From Podarcis bocagei (Eukaryota): a stretch of DNA of 64,000 nucleotides. The position numbers and the translations under genes are program-made. The notes beneath the pieces were generated by a model. That model saw only the letters and a program-made list of their open reading frames with translations, searched no databases and was not told the DNA's origin. Shown piece by piece: positions 25,101 through 37,100 of this stretch (positions are counted from its first letter, which is position 1; each line of letters starts with the position of its first letter). The stretch is from the NCBI GenBank assembly GCA_964188305.1, contig OZ076888.1; one strand, written 5' to 3'.

Positions 25101-28100
25101 GTTGGCCTATCCTTGTTAACCGTATGGACTGTAGCAATGTGTTCTATGTGAAGAGTCTTTTGGAGCGGAAGGGTTTTTTGTTTTTGTTTTTAAAGTTGCA
25201 TATGTATCATCAATGCAACATACCTTTATCAGCTTCTCAGGTTTGGACTAAAGTCAAGTTGATTTAGAAGTTAGTTCACTATACTGAGTACACTGCCTTG
25301 GATGATGGTTCTGCTGCACAGTCGTTGCCTATGTGAGATGCTCCCCATCCTGGGAATGGGGCAGCCTGGGGATCATACTGAGGGTATATTGAATGATACA
25401 AAGGGCAATTTGAAAAGCATTTGATATTGTGTGGAGAGTAGGTTATAGCCCTCTTCCAGCAGCTATTCTGGATGGTGCCAGAACATGAACGAATACCCCT
25501 GTTCCTCTGCACTTTGCAGATCAGGAGAGGAAATGCAGCATTGTATATCAGTTTGTCATTTAGGAGAATAGTGAAAAATTACTTGTTCTGCCACACATAT
25601 TTGAAAGACCTTTCTCCCCATTGCATCTTGGTAAGTGATTCACTTACATTGCAGTACCAGAACAAAAAATATGTTCCTGTCTGGGTTCCGGGTTCTATTC
25701 ACTAGATCAGAAAGGCGCAGGGTAGTGCAAGAAGAAGAAAAAAATTGTACCAAGCAAAAGGGTGAAGGAGGGGCAAAGTGATGTATTCTTCCTCTGCCAC
25801 TCCACACAGTTTTGTGGTGTTCACAGAAGAAAGGGCTTTCCTTCCTATATGGCTGGCACAGAGCCATCCTTCTTCCATCAGCCTGGTCATCTGTGACTAG
25901 CAGCCCAGTCGTTAAATTCAAGCCCGTAGTAGATAAATCATGTTTTGTATCTGTTAATATTTAGGGATTAGTACTTGTCTTGGTCTTGATTTTGTGAAGG
26001 ATCCCTGTAGGAGAGAGATTACCAGGCATTCTGGTGTCACTTTATTTTTCAAAGTTATTGCAGGGGAAGTAGATTGTTTCAGTCCCTATGACCACTACCA
26101 TAAGTGAATTATTGACCAGTTTGCTTTTGGATAACTTTGTTCCATCTTAGTGCTAAGTCATTTGGCCTTTAAATCATGAAGCTGTGTACGGCAGATCAAG
26201 TAAACCTTGGCAAGTCTAAGTGGATATTAGACAGTTATTTTATTTTCAGGTTCCTAGCTGCATATAAATTTGTATTGTTTGTACAAGTTACTTTGATGGT
26301 GCAGGGACACTAATGGCAGTGGCTATTTTAAATTTTGCATTTGTACAGAGACTTGTCTAGATCTCTGAGAAGATCTATGCTTAGAAAATGTCTTTTTTAT
26401 CTGAAAGTTGATCTAAATGACAAACCTAACAAATTTCAAAAGCAAGTATAGATGAGTTACTTCAAAATAATAATAATGGTTTTTGTACTTTCCAGACACT
26501 ACCATGTTTGGCGCGGATGTGTAGTAAGGAGAGGCTACTAGAGGAGAGAGTAGATGGAGCAGAAACTCTTGCCTATTTGATTGAAGCAGATATTGAGCTA
26601 CAAAGAATCGCCAGTATTACTGACCACCTTATTGCAATGCTTGCTGACTACTTCAAATATCCGAGTTCAGTGAGTGCCATCACTGATATAAAAAGGGTAT
26701 GTCTTCAATCAATTTGGGAAACTTCCCAAAAGTATGTGGGGAGATTGTGTGTGAAAAATTAAAATATATAGTATCTAAGCACTCAGTTCTCATTGACTGG
26801 CTAATAATTAGATGCAAGGAGGTATAAGATATCCCGGTTTACTTTGTTGCTGTAATCAAATGCCTTTTTGTCTGAGTTGTTTGGTGTTGTAATTAGTACG
26901 TTCTTTGTAAGATCCCAACTGGATAACTAAACAAAACAGAATGAATACAACTTGGGGCAAGACACAGAATATAGTCCTAGCTGTATAAACTGTGAACAGT
27001 ATTCACTGGTACAAATGCAGCAAACATTGACAGGTGCAAATGTGACTCTAATAGGTGGTAGCGGAAGGGGCCTAAAAAGTATATTGCCCAAGGCTTTGGT
27101 TTATTTCACTCTCTTGTTACTTAGACATTGAAAGTAGACACTGTTCTATCAACAGCCAAAAGATTGCAATTTAAGTATAACTTGAATTTGATTATTATTA
27201 TTTTTTACTAGCTTGATCATGACCTAAAGCATGCTCATGAACTGCGCCAGGCTGCATTCAAGCTCTATGCTGCACTTGGAGCAAATGATGAAGATATAAG
27301 AAAGAAGGTGAGTCTTGGCGTGAATGTATTTTCCAATACCAATAGCTTGCAGACAGGAAGTGGTATATTCTAGTCAAAGCAGTTGCCCTGACTTTCCAGA
27401 CAAGTACAGCGATTGTGTGTCCTTGGCAAAAGACTTACAGTGGTACCTCGGGTTCCAGACGCTTCAGATTACAGACTCCGCTAACCCAGAAATATTACCT
27501 CGGGTCAAGAACTTCTCATCTCAGGATGAGAACAGAAATCGCACAGCAGCAGCGCAGCGGCAGCAGGAGGCCCCATTAGCTAAAGTGGTTAAGAACAGTT
27601 TCAGGTTAAGAACGGACCTCCAGAACGAATTAACTTCTTAACCCGAGGTTAAGTAATGCTGAGTTACTGTAGTAACGCTGAGATACAGGTTGGTGGTCTT
27701 CCTTTTTCTTGCTTGTTTAAACTCTACTGAACTTGCTTTCCATCCTTAGTTAGCCAGACCCCAGATTTTTTTGACCTTCAGACACTTTCGCAAGACACAT
27801 TAAAAAACCCTTCTTTACTATTCTACCTTTCCGTAACTTTCTGCATCATTATTGGACAGGGGTCTAGATATATACAAGAGTCACCATTCTTAGCAGCTGA
27901 TAGCCATTCTGCTGTTGTCACTCCTGAAAAGTTGTATGAATGTGGAATCATATCCAGTGAGGTTGGGGTGGGAGAGTACACCCTAAGAAGGGAAAGTATT
28001 TCCATTGGTGTGTCTCTCTTGTTACTGGTTAATGTAATAATAGCTACAGAAACGTCTGTCACTCAGGAAACAGCATGCAAAAAATAATAGTAACAAATGA

Positions 28101-31100
28101 GCATTGTGAAGAAATGTTGCATTTACTAGGTAAACTACCTAGGTGGTGTAGAACCTTTGGCCTGTGGGACAATTGCATCTTTCTTGCAAAGCCTTCCCAG
28201 CTGGTCTGCCTCTCTCTTTCTAGGCATTGCTCCGTCTTTCCAGCCACTGCGCTATTTCCCTCCAGTTAGCTGAGCAGTGCTGTTAGGGATGCATTGTAAG
28301 GAAAGGAGACATAAATCTCCCCTTCCTAAAGTCTCCCTTGGCTGATAAATAGGAAACAGTGATGCAGTTGCCTAAGGAGGGAGGCACGGCTTTTTCAGTG
28401 TGTAGTAATGGAGACAAAGGTGTGGGTGTATGTGGGTGTAAATGAATGTATGTATGTAAGTAAGTAAGTAAGTAAGTATTTAAGTAATTAAGTAGGGTGT
28501 ATCCTTACATACTTTGGTCTCACCCACTGTTGGTATGTGGCCCTGGGATCACTTTCCCCTGAGGCAGTGCAGCCCTTAAGGGGAGGTGGAGGGGATGGGG
28601 CAGGTTACCACCCCCGGTATGGAACATTACTCTTTCACTATCTGGGAAATACTCTGTACACAAATAGATATGTGACTTTAAGGAAGTGAATTAGGAGACC
28701 CTACCACATTCTTTAGGGACGCGGGTGGCGCTGTGGGTTAAACCACAGAGCCTAGGACTTGCCGATCAAAAGGTCGTCGGTTCAAATCCCTGCGATGCAG
28801 TGAGCTCCCGTTGCTCAGTCCCTGCTCCTGCCAACCTAGCAGTTCGAAAGCCCGTCAAAGTGCAAGTAGATAAATAGGTACCACTCCGGTAGGAAGGTAA
28901 ATGACGTTTCCGTGTGTTGCTCTGGTTTGCCAGAAGCGGCTTAGTCATGCTGGCCACATGACCCGGAAGTTGTACGCCGGCTCCCTCGGCCAATAAAAGC
29001 AAGATGAGCCCCACAACCCCAGAGTCGGCCACGACTGGACCTAATGGTCAGGGGTCCCTTTACCTTTTTACCACATTCTTTGTCACAAAGAAAACATGGT
29101 GGCCTCTTTGCACGTGTCAAATTGATGCCTGACCACAAGCCTGTGGGTCCTTTTGTACCCGGAAGAGGGCGAAACAGGGCAAGGTGGATTTATGCGTGCT
29201 CCACTGATGCTCCCGGAAGCCAGGAATGGAACCCCCATGCAAAATGGTCGCAGCCTGTGTCCAAACATGCTATTTGCAGCATGAAGTTTTTCATATGAAA
29301 AGGTGATGGCTGAAAGGACTGGAGTAAATTTATACAATATATGGAAGAACATTGTAAACACCTGAAAACGTTTGTAGGTTTAAGTTAAAATATTTCGTAA
29401 TGTTACCGTATTTTTCGCCCTATAGGACGCACTTTTTCCCCTCCAAAAATGAAGGTGAAATGTGTGTGTGTCCTATGGGGCGAATGCAGGCTTTCGCTGA
29501 AGCCTGGAGAGTGAGAGGGGTCGGTGCGCACCGACCCCTCTCGCTCTCCAGGCTTCGCGCAGCTCTCCGCAAGCAGTGGGACGCTCCCGCTGCTTGGGGA
29601 GAGTTGCCTGCATGCTGAAGCCTGCGCGCGCTGAGCTCAGCACGTCCAGGCTTCGGGGACCTCTCAGCAAGCAGTGGGAGCGCTCCCACAGCTTGCAGAG
29701 AGCTGCTTGTTTGGGGGCTGGGGTCGGGGGAAGCTCGAGCTTCCCTCGCCCCAGCCCCGCACCTGGGGGAAAAATAATTTTTTCCCCTTTATTTCCCCCC
29801 CAAAAAACTAGGTGCGCCTTATGGGACGGTGCGTCCTATAGGGCGAAAAATATGGTAATATTGGGAGCTGGTTTACAATTAATAAGGTAGATTTTATTAA
29901 GATAGAAAGAAAGTAAATAGGAGGTTATAGAAATGCTAAGATGTAAGTGAATATTTATGAAAGCCAGAGAGTGGGATGGGGGGGAAGTCAAAGCTAAGTT
30001 TGAGCAATGTTATTGGTGATGAGATTATTTAATGATTGTGATTATGGTAAAATGTAAACTTAATAGAAAATATTATTAAAAAAAGAAAAGGTGATGGCTG
30101 AAAATATTCCAAAAATATTGTGAAAATATTATACATATTAAAATGTAAATCTGCATTACTAAGTGTCATTGTACAGGTGCGAAACATTTCCCCCAGAAAT
30201 TTCTATTTTGGGGAAATAACATTTTTTCCAGTTAACATTTTTATACGTTCTCTGTAGAGTTTAGAATATTGAGCTAAATGTACCAGATGCCATGTTCTGT
30301 TTTGGAGATTGAATTATTCTACTGCCACATGTTCCAGCTAACTGATTTGATTTCATAACTTTTCACTCAGATAATTGAAACTGAAAATATGATGGATCGG
30401 ATTGTGAATGGCTTGTCTGAATCTAGCATCAAGGTGCGCTTAGCTGCAGTCAGGTATGAAGTTACCTTATGTAAGTAGACTTACATCCAGGGTGCTTTGC
30501 CTTACTATTTTTCACTTCATTAGCTAGGAAATACATTGATTTTAAAACATTTAAAACTACAAATCCACAATAACTATCGCTTGAAAAGCAAGATGAATTA
30601 ATTTTCAGATAATTCTCAGTAATTTTTGCATTATTACTTTTTCTGTAAACATTTCTCACAAGGTTATCTGAGGAATGAAAATTATCTTGGAAGTTGGTTG
30701 GCTTCAGCACTAAACTTGTAGAAGTAGTATGGAAGAAATGGACTTTCTTGCCCTTTCTTCTCTCTGTCTGCCACCCAAAAAGCCTTTCTTAAGGGTTGAG
30801 GGACCCGGCTGTAGTGAGTGAGAGGAAGGGGGAATTCCTGAAAATTGGGTGGCAGCGGCTTCTGAAAACTAAGTTACTGCTGGTAAAAGCTGTCTCTGTC
30901 CTCATCCCATTGAACAGGGATCCTCTGAACCTTGGAAAAGGCTTCCTTGTAATTTTTTCTACATTTTTTCTTTTGCAGATGTTTGCACAGTTTGTCACGA
31001 TCCGTTCAGCAGCTCCGAACTAGTTTCCAAGACCATGCTGTATGGAAACCTTTAATGAAGGTACATGTACACTTGAAAAATAATTGTGTTTGTTATTCTT

Positions 31101-34100
31101 TATTATATCAGCTGACAGCTTCAGAAGGGCTCACTTTCAACTGATTGACACTGACAGCAAGCCTTGCTTGCCACTGAACAATCAGGAGTGCACTTTACTA
31201 GGATATTATGAAATAACATAGTGGTATAAAGCAATAAAAATGCAGTATGTAAAACCAGGTAAAACAGTTCTGAAAAAGGAGTCAGAGACTGCCTGCAAAT
31301 CAAAGCATCCTTCTGAGAAAGCCAATAGAAATAGCTTTTCTGCATTGGATGAAATCTGGATAATGTCAGAGCCTGTGTAACTCAAATTGGCAGTGGGGTC
31401 CATAAAACAGTGCTTTTCTACACTGCCATCATGGAATAAGCCTCCAGTGCGTGTGTCACCAAAAGGAGGGCTCCAATGCATGACCACAGCCATGTATTGC
31501 AGGGGTGGGTGGGAATGATCTCTCAGATAATGCTGATCCTAAGTTGTTTAAAGCTTTATACACTAGCAGTAAAACTTTAAATTTGACCTAGTAACATGCT
31601 AGCAGCAAGTTCAGGTCTTTTAACTGATATTAATTTGTTGATGGAAGTCAACCCTGGCCACAAGGGCACTGCCACGTTCTGTGGTAGCTGCAGTTTTCAG
31701 ACCAAATGTAAGGGCAGGCCCACACAGAACACACTGCAGTATTCCCATCACATGGTTACCAGTGTATGGACTGCTGCTGCCAAGCTATCCCTGTCCAGGA
31801 ATGGTCAAAACTGATGCATCAGCCAAAGCTAAAAAAAAGCCATCCTGGTCACTGAGGCTACTTGAGCCTCCAGTGACAATAATAGATCAAGAAGTACAGT
31901 TAGTCCCAGACTAACATACCTGAATATTCAGGTGAGGTGCAGCCATATCCAAAACAGATAACTTACCTGTATTTTGGACAGTAGAACTACTCACTTGCAA
32001 GTCCCCCATCTTCCCAAGATTCAGCTTCAGTGTATAAGCCCCTCACCCATCCCACAATCAGGTCTAGACTCTGCACTATAACAATAGTGTTGTTTTCCCT
32101 CCATCTCTCCTTAGGTTTTACAGAATGCTCCAGATGAAATCTTAGTGGTAGCATCTTCTACTCTATGCAATCTTCTCTTGGAATTTTCTCCAAGCAAAGA
32201 GGTTTGGTTTTTTTAACCAGAAAAATATATTGGTGTTATGTTCTTTTTATGACATAAAAAGTGTGTCCTGAATCAACAGGCACTGGACTGATGTGGGTAG
32301 AGTTCTTTCTTGAGATTTGAAGTCTCTCTGGTCCTTTCCAGTTTTGATTTCCAACTATAGAAGTATTTTTTCTCAAAGCCCAGATTTACCAGGCTGTTCA
32401 GCACCTGGAATAATGCTGCTAAATATAATTTAATAGATGATATGGCACTACTCGCGTGTAGGACCCTGGCAGAGACACATGCCCGACTGGCATGTTCTCT
32501 CCCTCCTGGTTGTTCGTTCGGGAGCTTCAAAAGCTTTCTCCAGACCGAACATCACAGCGACGGATGTCAAGAGGCATCGGCATGCTTTGGAACCAGCAGA
32601 GTATTAGCAGTCTGCGTAACAAACTCAGCAGCACAGCATTTTGGCTAATTACTTTATTTACATGTAATACACTCGGAGCATTCTGACTTAGCTCCTTTCT
32701 CTTTCTCATCAGGCAGCAAAGAGAGAGAACAAAGAACAATAGTCCCACATCACGTAAACACAGTAAACCAAACATCCTGTCTCCGTCACTTCCCACGCTG
32801 TGGAATGAAAACATACACCATCATGTGATAAAACAATCTCATGACTGCAAACACGAAGCAAGAATCCTAACAGTTCTCTGGTAGTCTACCCACCTGCTTC
32901 AGCTACATTTATATCATGAGTGATATCCAGCATACTCTCCACAGGCCCATCAAAATAAATGAACTTAAAGCTACTTAAATTTATTTATTTCAATGGATCT
33001 ACTCTTAGCACAACTTAGTTGGTTATCACCCCATACAGTGGTACCTCGGGTTACAGACGCTTCAGGTTACAGACTCCGCTAACCCAGAAACAGTACCTCA
33101 GGTTAAGAACTTTGCTTCAGGATGAGAACAGAAATCACATGGCGGCGGCACAGCGACAGCGGAAGGCCCCATTAGCTAAAGTGGTACCTCAGGTTAAGAA
33201 CAGTTTCAGGTTAAGAACAGACCTCCAGAACAAATTAAGTTCTTACCCTGAGGTACCACTGTATTTCTAAGCTGTGTGATAAATCTCCAAACTGCAAATA
33301 AACAATTTAAAAACCAGTGTGCATTTTATGGATTGGCATCTAAAAGTAGCATAATTGTATTTGCATGTATGTCAAATTTATAACTGAGATGATAAAAAAA
33401 ATGATTGTGGTTTTGTTTGTTTTGTTTTTGTCCTGATAGCCTATTTTAGAATCAGGAGCCATAGACCTTCTCTGTAGTTTAACCCAGAGCGACAATCTTG
33501 CCTTGAGGGTGAATGGAGTTTGGGCTTTAATGGTAAGAATTAATGTTAAACCGATAGCTATGGCTGCACCCTATTTCCTTTCCCCAAGATGACGTCACAA
33601 TTATATTGAAAATGGGAAAATCTTAAGCTAAAAGTCTTGTTGAGCCCTAGGATACTTTCAAGGATATGGTGAAACTTGGTTGCTGTTCCTTGTACATTCC
33701 TTGTACATTGTAATTGTTTCTATGTATGTAACAGATTGCAACAGTCTTTGTAATGAAATTGTGTCCTTTTGTGAAAAAATATGGGATGATTATTTTTTAT
33801 CTATCATATTTAGAATATGGCATTTCAAGCAGAACAGAAGATCAAAGCAGACATCTTACGAGGCTTGAGTACAGAGCAATTATTCCAGTTACTCTCTGAT
33901 TCTGATGTAAATGTACTAATGAAGACATTGGGACTACTTAGAAATCTTTTGTCTACTCGCCCGGTAAGTAAAATAATGAAACAGCATTTTGATTTTTTTA
34001 AAAAAAGTATTAGTGGACAGTTCCTTTAAATTGATATCACTTATATGGTTACATACACCTGGCACTGGAGTGAGGCCACAGTACTCACCTTCATCACAGC

Positions 34101-37100
34101 TTGAGAATAGTTCTTGATCAACCTACAATATAAAGAAAGCTATGGCAATGACTAGAGCAAAGTGTTTCCTAAATCTCTAGTGCCACATCCTCTGAGCCTT
34201 GTGGAGTAAAAGCTTCCTCAGCTGAAAGTAATAAACAGAGGGATCATTCTTGCGAGATGCAGTATTTTGTGAATCAGGCTGTAAATACAAATATCTTTAT
34301 CTTTAAAGGAAGTCAGTCTTTGACTTGTTACATATCCATGGTAGAGACTGTGGAAATATTGGTAGAATGCTGAAAAATAGCACAAATTGTTGTTGAAGTG
34401 GTACATGATCTTAATCTATACACCAAATTACACATGATTATTGCTCACTTGGATCCTTCATAGAATGTTGGTGTTGAGAGGGATCTTAAAAGTACAGTAG
34501 TTAAACAGAAAAATTCTTCTTAGGTATGGGAATAAAAGTTGCCACAGGGTACTCTTTATGAAATTATCCAGATTAGTTTTAAAACTGTATAAGCAATGAG
34601 CCAGATTCAACCAAATACTTGTGTTAGCAGGAGCCAGCACAAATGAGTCCTACTAGCACAGCAGGGCTTTCCCTCCCTCGGTTCTACCTGCTCCCCACCC
34701 CGCGCCCTGGTTCTTGGAGGGTCAGGAGAACCCCTAGAGCAGCACATGGGGGAAGAAGAGAGGAGGCTGCTCCATCAGGCAAGCATAAATTCTTGCCTTG
34801 AGGAATTGATCTCCTTAGCTATACTTAGAATGCCACCCAATATCTCCAGATCTGACTAATTCGATTGTGAGAAATTTTATTCTTTAAACGAAGTGCAACT
34901 TAGACTTTAGGGGTGGCATTTAACTAAACTTTACTCAGAGTAGACTTGTTGAAATTAATGGCTGTTACTTAGTCATGTTCATTCATTTCAGTGAGTCTGC
35001 TGAATAAGTTTTCTGTGTAATGATCCCACTTTTAAATTCCACCAGTTTCTAGGAGAAATTCCTTTGATTTGTTAAATGTACTTTGTAGGATTTGTTTGAC
35101 GGCAGAGGGATGTGGTTTTCCAGCATTATTAACATTTCCTTATAACAATCCTTGCCAAATACACTAACTGCAGCCTCCGGATCAAGCATGAGGGAAGCCC
35201 AGCCTCGAGTGCATGTGTGATTACCTTGTGCAATAAAAACTCTGTTATGGGGTGGTTGTTTTTTAATGAAATTTGTCTGACTTTTAAAAAATTGGTTATT
35301 TGCTAATGCTATATTTTGAAATTTGGCAGCACATAGATCAGATCATAAGTACTCATGGGAAGCAAATCATGCAAGCAGTGACCCTCATTTTGGAAGGAGA
35401 GCACAATGTAGAAGTCAAAGAACAGGTATGCATTGTTTGTATTGATCATACATATATAACATAATAGGCAGGATGGTGTATACCTTTGTTGAACAAAGAA
35501 ATAATATGTCTAGAAAACCTGGATTTGGTGAGCATTCTAAGGATGTTTGCACAAATCTTATTGGTAACTTCCTGACATGCGGACCTTGAAGGTGAAGATT
35601 TAAGGGTTCTGAAGAGTTCCTCATCCTTCTTAAGAAAAAAATATCCCACAGGCAAAATTTCTAAAACTGACATACATATTGCCAGGGAAATGTTAAGACA
35701 GCAGAAGGAAATAAGCAGGTTGATGCTCTTAGCTCGCTGGGGCAGGAAGTTAAGTAAGAAAGCAGTGTGCTAATAAACCTAGTAAAAATAAGAAAACCCT
35801 GCAGTGAATTATAGAGCTATAGGGAGAGATGTGAGGAAGGAGGGAGGCCTAAGGCAAGCCCTGATGATAGTTGCAAGGGACAAATGGGACAGGGAGCAAG
35901 TTCCCTCTCTACCTTTTCGCCCTGAACCCATTGTGGGGGCTGGCAAGGGGTCTCTAGAGGAGGTGTAAAATAGTGTGCTCACCCCAGGACAAGATCTCAC
36001 ACTAAGTTACTTTTAGGAACACTGTGTGGCTTCAGTTAAGTAACTATTGAAACTGTCATTATAACTTTACAATTGACTGCTTTTTCAATGCCTTTTATTG
36101 CTGTCCTCCCCTTTTCCCCCTCCAGACGTTATGTATACTTGCCAACATAGCAGATGGAACAACAGCTAAAGAACTTATTATGACAAATGATGACATCTTG
36201 CAAAAAATAAAATATTACATGGTATGTAATTTCATTGAACAGGCCTTTCTGCCATATACAAAATCCTTTGCGTAGGGGCCACAACTCAGTGTTACCTTCT
36301 GTATGTGATCTAACATAATCAGTGGCATCTCCCATTTAAAAGGCTCTCTGATAGTACTTGAGAGCACTATCTGAGACTGGATAGCTGCTGCTAGTTCAAA
36401 TAGTGATTTGGGTAGCTGGGTCTGACATACTACAAGACAGCTTCATATGTTCAGTTTTTAATAGTTCAGAGTGAAATACTGATTTTCTTTGTGGCTCTCA
36501 TTTACTTGCACAATAGGAACTTAATAGCTGTCTGCAGAATTTTTCAGAGCACAAGATGCACCCTCTTAATAATGTCTTCCCTCCTCTTGAAGGGCAGTAG
36601 TACCCTCCTTACGCTGTGAATGTTGTTTCTGATTGCTTGAAGGGTGGTAATTTTGAGAGAAACAACACATTTTCAAACATTTAATTCTAATATATAAACC
36701 CCTTTCTGTTCATGCTTAGAGTCATTCGAATGCTAAACTTCAGCTGGCTGCCATGTTTTGTGTATCTAATCTTATATGGAATGAAGAAGAAGGTAAAATA
36801 TACTTCTCTGTGTTGTCCCTAAAATGTTTTTCAAACCTTGTATATTACTTCCAGAGGTGTAGGGAAACCCCTTGAAAGACTCTTAATTTCACTGGGGGGG
36901 GGGAGCCCTGATTTAGCCTATGTAAGATGAAACAAAGATAGGCTGTTTAGCATGTGGAATTCATTTTCATCTCAGTATGGAGATGAGTAGATTAAAAGAA
37001 AGGTAAAGTGAACAACCATATTCACCTTCCCTCAATACCAAGGGAAGTTATGAAGACATACTGACTGGGGAAAAATTAAAGTAATGTGGAAATGCCAGTA

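Noticed and set aside
29400-29890. CpG-rich island with several overlapping ORFs
   Set aside because: Lies within a TIR-bounded MITE; not a promoter or gene.
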